Assembly: GCA_036489835.1 (NCBI GenBank)
Contig: DASXEY010000110.1
Coordinates: 7,146 to 71,145 of the forward strand
Direction: 5' to 3'
Origin: Bryobacteraceae bacterium
GTDB lineage: Bacteria > Acidobacteriota > Terriglobia > Bryobacterales > Bryobacteraceae
DNA: 64,000 nucleotides
Below the pieces are notes generated by a model, which saw nothing but the letters and a program-made list of their open reading frames with translations, made no database searches and was not told the DNA's origin. A program made the position numbers and the translations under genes. Below, one piece after another: positions 7,776-18,746 of the stretch (position 1 is its first letter; every line of letters begins with the position of its first letter).

Positions 7776-10627
7776 CCGCCCGCCGCGTTCTGCTCCTGCT
7801 CGTGTTTCTGGCGGTCGCATCCGCCGCATTTGGGCAGATAACCATCACCAGCACGTCGCCGCTGCCTCAGGGCTTCTCCACACTCCCGTACACCTACACG
7901 TTTACCGCGTTCTCGTTTCTTCCCGACTTGCCCGTTAGCTTTTCCTTAACACCGGGTTCCACTTTGCCCACCGGTTTCACTCTGGCCAGCAACGGTACCC
8001 TCTCCGGAACCACCAATCAGTTCGGAAACTTTTCTTTCCAGGTAACCGCAACCAATGGTTCATCCAGCGCTACCGCAACCTTCGCGCTGACGCTTTTAAT
8101 TCCTTTTATTACGATTAATTCCCCGCCCTTTCTGCCCAACGGCTTCGTCGGCCAGACCTACTCGCTGCTGTTTTCCGGGTCCTCCAACCCCGCGGGGCTC
8201 ACTTGGACGCTGGGCAGCGGCAGCCTGCCTCCCGGCTTGTTTTTGAATCCATCCGGCTTGCTGACGGGCAACCCGACCACAGCCGGAGTCTACTCATTCA
8301 TCATGAATGTGCAGATTTCAGGCACCACGCTTTCGACCAATCAGTCCTTTACGCTGACAATCTATAGCGGACAAACCAGCATCCAGACCACTTCCCTGCC
8401 CCTGGCCTTCAGCGGGAAGCCTTATTCGACGCTTCTCAGCGCAACACCCTCCGCAGTAACCTGGGGGCTGACCGGGATGCTGCCGCCGGGCATCACCTTC
8501 AATCCGGCCACGGGCCTTTTTTCCGGAATGACGACGACTACGGGAATATATTCACTCCTATTACAGGCGAATTACCCGAATTACGTCAGCAGCACCACCA
8601 CGCTGATTCTGTACGTCACCAGCGGTCCGCTTACCGTTCCGCAGACTAACCTTGCTCCGGCCGTTGAAGGCTCGCCTTATCAAGCGCCGGTTCTGGCGAC
8701 GGGCGGACTTCCTCCCTATCAATGGGCCTTCGTTTTCCCGACCACGGGTCTGGGCTTGAGCATTGGCGGGCAAACCGGAATCATCAGCGGCACGCCGACT
8801 ACTCCAGGGATATTGACGTTGCAAGTGCTCCTCAGTGACGCCACCGGGCAGAGCACCACCGTCGCCATCAGTATTTTTGTTGCCACCCCGCTCTCCGTGT
8901 CCACGACCTCGCTGCCCAACGCCTCGGCTGGATCCCCCTATTCGCAATCGCTCCTGGCCGGCGGGGGCGTGTCGCCCTTTACGTGGACCGTCACCTCAGG
9001 CTCGCTGCCTCCGGGACTCACGTTGTCCACGACCGGCGTCATCAGCGGAACACCTTCCGGCACAGGCACCTACCATTTCACCGTTCAAGTGACCGACGCC
9101 GGAGGCCGCACCGCTACCGGCTCGCTGAGCATCTCCCTGGGAGTCGCGGCTCTCAGCATCACCACTTCCTCGCTTCCCAACGGCCAGCTTACCGTCCCGT
9201 ATTCGCAAACGCTCGCGGTCTCCGGAGGCGTCGCCCCTTACAGCTGGGCGTTGGTCTCGGGCGCACTTCCGCCCGGCTTGTCCCTCCTGCCCAGTGGAAA
9301 ACTCTCGGGGACTCCGCTGGGTCCTCTCGGCATAACCACCTTCGCCGTGCAGGTTACGGACTCATCTCCGCCGCCCGCCTTAACTGCGCAAAAAGCCTTC
9401 ACGATAAACGTGGCTTTGACGTTGACCATCACCACCATCGGCCCCCTGCCCGGCGGAGTGGTGAATGTCCCGTATTCCCAGACATTGGCAGGCTCCGGCG
9501 GCACGCCGCCCTATATCTGGAACGTGACTTCCGGAGCGCTGCCTCCAGGGTTGAGTCTGAACACCTCCACTGGCGCAGTTTCCGGAACCCCCACGGCCAC
9601 CGGCCCCAACCTGTTCACGGTGACCCTTCAAGATGCGACGGGCTTGACTGCGCAGCAGCAACTCAGCATTGCCATCGCCGCCTCCGCCAATCCTCCCTCG
9701 ATCACCACCGGCAATCTTTCGGCCACCGTGGGCACCGCGTTTTCACAAACGCTGGCCGCGACAGGCGGAACGCCTCCTTATACATGGTCGATCTCCTCCG
9801 GGACTCTGCCGGCAGGGCTTCTCTTCAGCGGAGGCGTCATTAGCGGAACACCCACCGCCGCCGGCACATCGAACATCACTTTGAAAGTAACGGACTCGCA
9901 GCAGCTTTCCGCGACGGCGTCTATTTCCATCACTGTCGGCCTGCCGTCCACGCCGGCGCTGACCATCGGCACAATCCCCGCCACGCCCGCGACGCAACCG
10001 GCGGTGAGCCTGTCTCTCGCCAGTTCGTTTCCCGTGGCGCTGACCGGCACGATCTCCGTCAGCTTCCAATCCGCCGTCGGGGGCAGCCCGACCGAAGTCA
10101 CATTCTTTACGTCCGCCGGAAGCTTCACGTCACTCACCTTCAACATTCCCGCCGGATCCACCACGGCTGTGTTTCCGAATCCCCCGGTGCTCGACACCGG
10201 CACTGTGGCCGGGACCATCACTCTGTCCGCGACGCTCAGCTCCGGCGGAGTGGTCGTCACGCCAACTCCCGCCACCGAAAACATCGTGATTCCTTCCTCG
10301 GCGCCGGTGATTCAAAAGGTCACCTTCTCGAACACGGGAGGCACCCTTGCCGTGATCGTGACCGGTTATTCCACCACTCGCGAAATGGTCAGCGGCCAAT
10401 TCACGTTCGCTCCCGCGAGTGGCAGTACGCTTTCTCAGAGCACGATCACGGAGCAGCTTTCCTCGGCTTTCTCCACCTGGTATTCAAGCTCGGCGTCGAA
10501 CCAATGGGGAGGCCAGTTCATGCTGACCGCGCCGTTTAGCGTCGCCGGAGACGCCGCCGACGTGTCGTCGGTTTCCGTGACGCTGACCAACACCAAGGGC
10601 GCCTCGGCCGCGGTGACGCCGCAATAA
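7772..10627 (+). CDS. large secreted protein with ~9-10 tandem putative-Ig (He_PIG, PF05345-like) domains
   Basis: 951-aa ORF with a signal peptide and ATGA overlap upstream. The module SLPNG..G.PYSQTL.A.GG..PY.W...SG.LPPGL.L...G.ISGTP...G...F.V.VTD recurs many times. Confidence 0.85.
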   Translation: MTARRVLLLLVFLAVASAAFGQITITSTSPLPQGFSTLPYTYTFTAFSFLPDLPVSFSLTPGSTLPTGFTLASNGTLSGTTNQFGNFSFQVTATNGSSSATATFALTLLIPFITINSPPFLPNGFVGQTYSLLFSGSSNPAGLTWTLGSGSLPPGLFLNPSGLLTGNPTTAGVYSFIMNVQISGTTLSTNQSFTLTIYSGQTSIQTTSLPLAFSGKPYSTLLSATPSAVTWGLTGMLPPGITFNPATGLFSGMTTTTGIYSLLLQANYPNYVSSTTTLILYVTSGPLTVPQTNLAPAVEGSPYQAPVLATGGLPPYQWAFVFPTTGLGLSIGGQTGIISGTPTTPGILTLQVLLSDATGQSTTVAISIFVATPLSVSTTSLPNASAGSPYSQSLLAGGGVSPFTWTVTSGSLPPGLTLSTTGVISGTPSGTGTYHFTVQVTDAGGRTATGSLSISLGVAALSITTSSLPNGQLTVPYSQTLAVSGGVAPYSWALVSGALPPGLSLLPSGKLSGTPLGPLGITTFAVQVTDSSPPPALTAQKAFTINVALTLTITTIGPLPGGVVNVPYSQTLAGSGGTPPYIWNVTSGALPPGLSLNTSTGAVSGTPTATGPNLFTVTLQDATGLTAQQQLSIAIAASANPPSITTGNLSATVGTAFSQTLAATGGTPPYTWSISSGTLPAGLLFSGGVISGTPTAAGTSNITLKVTDSQQLSATASISITVGLPSTPALTIGTIPATPATQPAVSLSLASSFPVALTGTISVSFQSAVGGSPTEVTFFTSAGSFTSLTFNIPAGSTTAVFPNPPVLDTGTVAGTITLSATLSSGGVVVTPTPATENIVIPSSAPVIQKVTFSNTGGTLAVIVTGYSTTREMVSGQFTFAPASGSTLSQSTITEQLSSAFSTWYSSSASNQWGGQFMLTAPFSVAGDAADVSSVSVTLTNTKGASAAVTPQ

Positions 10628-10746
10628 TGCGGCCCGTAGCCGGCCGCTGGATCGTGGCCGCAATTCTAGTGGTGGTGGCCATCGTGGTCGGCATCGCCGC
10701 CTACGCTTTATTCTTCGGATGGATGAAGAGTCCCCGGATACCATAA
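10627..10746 (+). CDS. 39-aa single-TM micro-protein (putative)
   Basis: The start overlaps the stop of the He_PIG gene (TAATG). It encodes MRPVAGRWIVAAILVVVAIVVGIAAYALFFGWMKSPRIP. It is below the ORF-track size cut-off. Confidence 0.35.
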   Translation: MRPVAGRWIVAAILVVVAIVVGIAAYALFFGWMKSPRIP

Positions 10747-10751
10747 AGCAG

Positions 10752-11626
10752 ATGCGCTTGCTCCTCGCGCTCCTCGCCGCGGGCCTTGCGATCGGACAAA
10801 CCCGATTTCCGATGAAATATGTCGATGAAGTCGGGCACCTCGGCGAAGGGCTCTACGACCATAGAAAATTCGCCGATCTCGGATTTGCGAAGGCGTTCCC
10901 CGATGAAAACGGATTGCGTTTCGAAGGCCGCGATCATGCCGGTAAAATCTGGCGCGTTTGGACTTCGCAAACCGGAGGCGTCGGATTCACCGATGTCTGG
11001 TCCGCCGATTTCGATCACAACGGGCAGCCGGATCTGCTCATCGCAGCCGCCTTCCCGGGCAACGGGCACTGCGTCCGCAATGTCGATATCACGGTTCTCC
11101 TATTCGACACCTCCGGCCGTCCCGTACCGTGGATGGCCGGCACCGAAATTCCCGACACCGAAAGCAAGCCTCCCTATTTTCCGGGGATCGTCATCGACGC
11201 CAACGATGATGGCAGAGCAGAGATCGTAACCACGGAGTGCGGACCCTGGGATCGGGACTCGCTTGACTACCGGGTTACCGGCGTGTACGAGGCCCGCGAT
11301 ACTCACTGGGTTCCGCTGCGAGATGCACCGCTGGAGCCATATATCCGCACGGCTCACGCTGCCCACCCGTCATTCCGACCCGGTTCCATACACTGGTTTC
11401 TCACTCCTCCTGATGACTGGCCAGATCAGATGAAGCTCGTCGAGGCCTCATCCGTTGACGGCGCCGGCGCGCCATCAACGGGGTGGTCATTGATGGTCCC
11501 GACGGCCGCGGCATTTATACCGCCGATACGGAAGACATCCTACGGCGGCTCCAGAAGGCAGGATATCGCTTCAAGATTTTCGGCGAGAACTCGCGCCTGT
11601 CGTGGCTCTGGGTTGACATTCAATGA
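10752..11626 (+). CDS. secreted FG-GAP/VCBS-repeat protein, apparently frameshifted near 11459-11475 (pseudogene or assembly error)
   Basis: ATG at 10752 gives signal MRLLLALLAAGLAIGQ, with FG-GAP-like SADFDHNGQPDLLIAAAF and VIDANDDGRAEIVT. After ~11460 the original frame becomes a shadow ORF antisense to rsmD. A second frame reads the protein-like INGVVIDGPDGRGIYTADTEDILRRLQKAGYRFKIFGENSRLSWLWVDIQ* with high GC3, stopping at 11624-11626. Confidence 0.55.
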
Positions 11627-11669
11627 TGTCCTCTCGTCCAGGTCCGCCGCAGGTAGCGCCGGCAGCTTG

Positions 11670-12194
11670 CTATCCCTTGTAGAAACTCAGCACGTTGTCG
11701 CCCTGCTTCATCTGCTTTTCCCGCTTCAACGCCCCGTAGGATTCCTCCAGCTTCAAACGCACGTCATGCTGGACAATCACCAATCCCGGAGGCCGTGCAC
11801 CCAGCAGCTCCAGCGCCAACGCATACTCTTTGACAAGCTCATAAGGCGGATCCAGAAAAACGATCTCAGCCTCGATCTTTTTGAGCACCTGAAGCGTGCG
11901 GCCCTCCCGCACCTGCGCGCGCGGCTCCAGATCCAGCGATCGAAGATTCTCGCGAATCACGTTTAGCGCCGCGCGATTTTGCTCCACGAAGATCGCACGT
12001 GACGCGCCTCGGCTCAGCGCCTCGATTCCCACCGCTCCCGTTCCCGCGTAGAGATCGGCGAACACCACGCCCGAAATCCGCGGCCTGAGCACGTTAAACA
12101 AAGCCTCGCGCAAACGATCCGGAGTCGGGCGAGTGTCCAGACCCGGAACGCTCTTCAAAACCCGGCTGCGAAACTCGCCACCAATCACGCGCAT
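11670..12194 (-). CDS. rsmD: 16S rRNA (guanine966-N2)-methyltransferase RsmD
   Basis: MRVIGGEFRSR...RPT.DRLREALFN...DLYAGTGAVGIEALSRGA...FLDPPY are RsmD signature blocks. The internal ATG at 12194 avoids overlap with recG. Confidence 0.85.
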   Translation of the reverse strand: MRVIGGEFRSRVLKSVPGLDTRPTPDRLREALFNVLRPRISGVVFADLYAGTGAVGIEALSRGASRAIFVEQNRAALNVIRENLRSLDLEPRAQVREGRTLQVLKKIEAEIVFLDPPYELVKEYALALELLGARPPGLVIVQHDVRLKLEESYGALKREKQMKQGDNVLSFYKG

Positions 12195-12199
12195 AGGGG

Positions 12200-14299
<2,100 letters not shown>

Positions 14300-14363
14300 G
14301 GTTTCGAGCGCGTTGCCGATTGTTCGACGGGCGTGCGCTCTCTCCAGTTAGAATAACTGTTTC

Positions 14364-15131
14364 ATGCCTCAACTTCTGGAAGGAAAGACGGCGCTGATTC
14401 TAGGCGTCGCGAATAAGTGGAGCCTTGCCTATGCCATCGCACAGGCGTTTCGCCGCGAAGGCGCCTCGGTACTGCTCACCTATCAAGGCGAGCGTCTAAA
14501 AGGCCCGGTGGAAGATCTCGGCGCGGAACTCGGCGTCACTCGCGTTTTCGAATGCGACGTGACCAGGGACGAGCATCTGGCGCGGCTCCCTGAAATTGTG
14601 CAGGAGCACGGCCGGCTCGACGCCATGATTCACAGCGTCGCGTTCGCTAACCGCGAGGATCTGAGCCGGCCATTCGTCGAAACCTCTCGCGCCGGCTATC
14701 TTCTCGCGCAGGATGTCAGCGCGTATTCGATGGTCGGAGTGGCGCGGGCAACCGCACCCCTGATGACTTCGGGAGGCTCCATGACCACGCTCACCTATCT
14801 TGGGTCGACGCGCGTGGTGCCGAATTACAACGTGATGGGCGTGGCCAAAGCGGCGCTGGAAGCCGCCGTGCGCTATCTCGCCAACGACCTTGGTCCATCG
14901 GGCATTCGCGTCAATGCGATTTCCGCCGGACCGGTCAAGACCGCGTCGGCACGCGCCGTGAAGGATCTTTCGTCGTTGCTCGAGAAAGCTCCGTTGCGAG
15001 CGCCCCTGCGGCGCAATTGCGAACCAGGCGAGGTCGCCGACACCGCGGTATTTCTCGCGAGCGACTTAGGCCGCGGCGTCACCGGCAACATCATTTTCGT
15101 CGACGCCGGCTTACAACTGCTTGGGCTATAG
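14364..15131 (+). CDS. fabI: enoyl-[acyl-carrier-protein] reductase (NADH) FabI
   Basis: 255-aa SDR with GKTALILGVANKWSLAYAIA, the Y..M..AK catalytic pattern (YNVMGVAKAALEA) and IRVNAISAGP. Confidence 0.9.
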   Translation: MPQLLEGKTALILGVANKWSLAYAIAQAFRREGASVLLTYQGERLKGPVEDLGAELGVTRVFECDVTRDEHLARLPEIVQEHGRLDAMIHSVAFANREDLSRPFVETSRAGYLLAQDVSAYSMVGVARATAPLMTSGGSMTTLTYLGSTRVVPNYNVMGVAKAALEAAVRYLANDLGPSGIRVNAISAGPVKTASARAVKDLSSLLEKAPLRAPLRRNCEPGEVADTAVFLASDLGRGVTGNIIFVDAGLQLLGL

Positions 15132-15629
15132 CTTGTTCTGAGAAAGGTCGCGCAGGTAGAAGATCAAGTCCGTCACCGGAGGCTTGACGCCCAACTGGCG
15201 CAGCATCCCCACCACCTGCCCGCGATGCAGCGTCGCGTGATTCACCAGGTGCAGCACGATGTGCGAGGCGGGCGTTTCCATCGGAGTCCCATTCAGCAAT
15301 TTGTAGCTTACGACGCGCTGCATATCCTGATCGCTGAGCGAATCCGCCCAGGCTTCCCATTTCGCTTGCAGATTCGGCCAGTCCATGGTGATCGCTTCCA
15401 GCGACGACATCTCCGCGGCGGTGGGCAGGATCATCTCCGGCTCAACCGTGCGTTTATACCAGATGCGATCCGCGGCATGAATGTGCCCCAACGTTCCCTG
15501 AATGCCTTCATGCGAAACGCCCATCGGTTTCGTGCGCTGCTCCTCGGTCAAAGCCTCGGCGGCCTCCAATAATAAGCGCGAAGCCCAGCCGGAATAGCGA
15601 ATATGCGTCCTTGCTTCGTCTGCGGTCAT
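15126..15629 (-). CDS. DinB-family damage-inducible protein
   Basis: 167-aa ORF. YSGWASRLLLEAA...TLGHIH.AD.IW...HLVNHATLHRGQ is typical of DinB four-helix-bundle proteins. Confidence 0.8.
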   Translation of the reverse strand: MTADEARTHIRYSGWASRLLLEAAEALTEEQRTKPMGVSHEGIQGTLGHIHAADRIWYKRTVEPEMILPTAAEMSSLEAITMDWPNLQAKWEAWADSLSDQDMQRVVSYKLLNGTPMETPASHIVLHLVNHATLHRGQVVGMLRQLGVKPPVTDLIFYLRDLSQNKL

Positions 15630-15646
15630 GTATTCTTTTATATCGC

Positions 15647-16549
15647 ATGCCTGAGTTGCCCGACATCGCCGTCTACCTCGAAGCTTTGGAGGCGCGCATT
15701 CTCAATCACGCCTTGCGGCACGTTCAGATCGCCGGCCCGTCGCTTTTACGCACGGCCGATCCCGCGCCCCAAGCTGCCGAAGGCCACACCGTCGTGGAGC
15801 TGCGCCGCATCGGGAAGCGCATCGCTATCGGTTTCGATAACCACGTGTGGCTGGTGCTGCATCTGATGATCGCCGGACGCCTCCATTGGAGTGAGCAACC
15901 CAAGAAGCCCGACGGCCGCCGCACCCTCGCCGCGTTCGTCTTCGACTCCGGATGCCTCACGCTGACCGAGGCGGGCACGCGCAAACGCGCATCGCTGCAC
16001 GTGCTCGAAGGCGAGGCCGCGCTTCAGGCGATGGACCCCGGCGGCATCGACATCCTGACCGCGCCGCTTGAGGATTTCGCGCGGGTGCTGGCTTCGGAGA
16101 ACCACACCCTCAAGCGCTCTCTCACCGATCCGCGCTTATTTTCGGGAATCGGCAATGCCTATTCCGACGAGATTTTGCATCGCGCGCAGATGTCGCCGGT
16201 GAAGCTGACCTCGCGGCTTAGTTCGGCGGAGATTCTGCGCCTCTACGATGCGGTCCAGGAGACGATGCGCGACTGGATCGCCCGGCTCCGCGCCGGCGCT
16301 GCCGGGAAATTTCCGGAGAAGGTCACGGCTTTTCGAGAAGGGATGGCCGTGCATGGCCGCTATGGCCAGCCTTGTCCGCGCTGCGCAACCAAGGTCCAGC
16401 GCATCCGTCATGCAGACAACGAAACCAATTACTGCCCAGTCTGCCAGACGGGCGGAAAGCTGCTCGCCGACCGAGCCCTCAGCCGCCTTCTTCGTGAGGA
16501 TTGGCCGCGAACCCTCGATGAGTTGGAGGCGTTGCGGAAGGAACGTTAG
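15647..16549 (+). CDS. Fpg/Nei-family DNA glycosylase/AP lyase
   Basis: The internal ATG at 15647 gives the canonical MPELPD N-terminus (catalytic Pro2/Glu3). The C-terminal zinc finger is CPRC...YCPVCQ. Confidence 0.85.
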   Translation: MPELPDIAVYLEALEARILNHALRHVQIAGPSLLRTADPAPQAAEGHTVVELRRIGKRIAIGFDNHVWLVLHLMIAGRLHWSEQPKKPDGRRTLAAFVFDSGCLTLTEAGTRKRASLHVLEGEAALQAMDPGGIDILTAPLEDFARVLASENHTLKRSLTDPRLFSGIGNAYSDEILHRAQMSPVKLTSRLSSAEILRLYDAVQETMRDWIARLRAGAAGKFPEKVTAFREGMAVHGRYGQPCPRCATKVQRIRHADNETNYCPVCQTGGKLLADRALSRLLREDWPRTLDELEALRKER

Positions 16550-16603
16550 CGGCACTATGCAAGCCGCGCTAGCCCGCAAAAATTCCCGAAAGTAACGGCT
16601 TCG

Positions 16604-16760
16604 CTGGCGGCCGCGACGCAGGCTCCGTTTTGGGAACGGCAGGCGAAACCGCCTGCCCCACCACAGAACATCAACAGGTAGGGCAGGCATTCAGCCTGCC
16701 GGACTTTTGCCACGAAAGAAACCGCTTCTTCTCGTCGGCTCGGTAACATCAACCCGCGAC
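16604..16760 (+). repeat. modular GC-hairpin intergenic repeat, copy A of a tandem pair
   Basis: GCGGCCGCGAC..GGCTCCGTTT..GGAACGGCAGGCGAAACCGCCTGCCCCACCACAGAACATCA..GGCAGGCATTCAGCCTGCC..TCGGCTCGGTAAC. Hairpins at 16638-16657 and 16682-16700. Confidence 0.9.
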
Positions 16761-16797
16761 TCGCGCAACTCAGAATGGGAGCGTTGCCACCAGCTCG

Positions 16798-16925
16798 CTC
16801 GCGGCCGCGACCCTGGCTCCGTTTCCGGAACGGCAGGCGAAACCGCCTGCCCCACCACAGAACATCATTAACGGGTAGGCAGGCATTCAGCCTGCCTGGT
16901 CGGCTCGGTAACGTCAAGCGACGAG
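16798..16925 (+). repeat. modular GC-hairpin intergenic repeat, copy B (offset ~194 nt from copy A)
   Basis: Same module order. Hairpins at 16832-16851 and 16878-16896, near-identical to copy A apart from a ~34-nt indel. Confidence 0.9.
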
Positions 16926-16938
16926 TCGGCTACTTCAG

Positions 16939-18549
16939 CTACTTGCGACCGCCCGAATGCCCGCCGCCCGAATGTCCGCCGCCCGAATGCCCTCCGCCTC
17001 CATGGGATGCCGACCCATGCGAGGAGGAGCCGCCATGGGAAGGACTCGCGCTTGCATGCGGAGCGCTCTGGGCGTGCGGAGCCGAAAAGCTCCTCGCCAT
17101 GCCCTGAGATTGGCGCGCTTGCGGTTGAACTCTATTACTCTCGCTCCGATTCATGTTCTGATTACTCCGCGGCGTCGTTGCGAAGTTCTGCGACGGCCCC
17201 ACGCGATTGTAGCCTCCGGCGTTCCCAGTTCCCGTCGAGCGGTTGCCCTGAGCAAAGGATTGCCGTCCAGACGCCTGCGGCGCGGTGCGGGTCGCAAACT
17301 GGTTCGCAGTGGGTGCGCGAGCTCCGCTGCTTCCAACACCCCTCCATCCTCCGGCTTCGGATCTTCCCAACCCGGCTCGGGCTGCCTCGGCGCGGCCGGC
17401 TCCGGATGGAGCAACCCCGCGCGAAGCCGCCGAAACCCCGGCTCCGCCCACGCGGCCGCCGAACCGGCTGGCTACTGCCCGGTTGGAATAAGGCACGCCC
17501 ATGCGGTGCACAGGATCATGAGCCCATACTGGATGCCCTGCCACCAGCGCGCCGTGAAGGCCATAGCCGCCGAATCCCGCGCCGTATCCGTGGAATCCGA
17601 AGTGTGCGAAGAAAAGCGGGTTAAAGAAAAGCGAATGCGCGAACCAGCTCAAACCCCATCCCCAACCGCCGAATCCGAGCAATCCGGAAAACAGACCTCC
17701 GATGAAATACCCGACGCCAAACCCGATTCCCGAGCCATATCCGCCATATCCCCATGCCGGCGGATACCACAGTGTGGGATAGGCGCCATACACAGGAGCA
17801 CCCCAAATCGCGTACGGATCGTAGACCGGAGGATAGATCATCTGCGGGTCGGTGGGCGCGATCTGGATCGCGGTTTGGCCGTCCTGCACCTGCGTCGAGA
17901 CCGTCTGTTGCGGCGTGCTCTGCAATCTTCCCGACTGCTGCGCCCGGGCTCGCAGGTTCTGGATCGCATTCATGACATCCGCCTGTTGTGCCAGGAATGC
18001 ATTGCCCAGGTCTGTGGTCCAGCGGATGTCGCGTCCCAGAATGTCCAGCACATCGGGAAACGCCGCCAGAGCCTGAACGCTGGGATCCCAACTCTGCTGT
18101 TTGGCCGCATCCATGCGCTGAGCGGGAGGCAGATTCTTGTTTTGCTGGAGCCACTGCTCCGCGTCGACAATTTCCAACGGATACGTGCTGGCCGCCAGGA
18201 TCTCACTCAATAGCGAATCGGGATAAAGCGCGATCGGAGCGACCAGATCCTGCAGTTGATCGGGGCTGAGAAGCTGAGGCGCCTCTTGACCCGCCGCCGC
18301 GGATTGCGGTCCGTATTGTGCGGGCGGCTGCCCATACTGTGCCGGAGGTTGTCCATATTGCTGCGCCGGCGGTTGTCCATATTGCGGCGCTGCCTGTGCT
18401 CCATAGGAGGGCGCTCCATAAGGTTGGGCCGCGTAAGGCGGACCTTGCTGCGCCCAAGCCTGCGAGCCGAATCCCAGAACTGCGATGAACGGTATCGAGA
18501 CCGTCCGGTGAAAAAACTTCGTGGCGGCAAGCATGGAACACCTCCTCAT
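16939..18549 (-). CDS. secreted DUF3300-family protein with Gln/Pro-rich N-terminal repeats and His/Gly-rich C-terminal tail
   Basis: LVAPIALYPDSLLSEILAASTYPLEIVDAEQW is the DUF3300 signature. It also has QYGQPPAQ repeats and a C-terminal (GGHSG)n. The start may instead be the ATG at 18534. Confidence 0.8.
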   Translation of the reverse strand: MRRCSMLAATKFFHRTVSIPFIAVLGFGSQAWAQQGPPYAAQPYGAPSYGAQAAPQYGQPPAQQYGQPPAQYGQPPAQYGPQSAAAGQEAPQLLSPDQLQDLVAPIALYPDSLLSEILAASTYPLEIVDAEQWLQQNKNLPPAQRMDAAKQQSWDPSVQALAAFPDVLDILGRDIRWTTDLGNAFLAQQADVMNAIQNLRARAQQSGRLQSTPQQTVSTQVQDGQTAIQIAPTDPQMIYPPVYDPYAIWGAPVYGAYPTLWYPPAWGYGGYGSGIGFGVGYFIGGLFSGLLGFGGWGWGLSWFAHSLFFNPLFFAHFGFHGYGAGFGGYGLHGALVAGHPVWAHDPVHRMGVPYSNRAVASRFGGRVGGAGVSAASRGVAPSGAGRAEAARAGLGRSEAGGWRGVGSSGARAPTANQFATRTAPQASGRQSFAQGNRSTGTGNAGGYNRVGPSQNFATTPRSNQNMNRSESNRVQPQARQSQGMARSFSAPHAQSAPHASASPSHGGSSSHGSASHGGGGHSGGGHSGGGHSGGRK

Positions 18550-18746
18550 CAGGCTCTCTCGCTTCTTTGGATGCCTCGCAAAGCCGCGTGGTGTCGGTGC
18601 CTTTCATCGTAAGCCATTAACTTCTCATAATTTACGTCCCTGCTAAAAGTACTGGTACTATGCCACATAAGTCTATGCTTGATGGCATATTCCATTTGTG
18701 CTACCTTTGAACAACTCACACAAGACGATTGTTCGGAGGATCAACG

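Noticed and set aside
16555-16917. ORFs 16136-16690, 16555-16917 and 16775-17107 containing WWGRRFRLPF-type peptides
   Set aside because: They are read through the intergenic hairpin repeats. The recurring peptide is simply the translation of the GGCAGGCGAAACCGCCTGCCCCACCAC module.
16604-16925. Possible CRISPR array or IS element at the ~194-nt tandem duplication
   Set aside because: There are only two long units, no short repeat/spacer periodicity, no transposase ORF and no terminal inverted repeats with target duplications. It is better described as a REP/MITE-like modular repeat.
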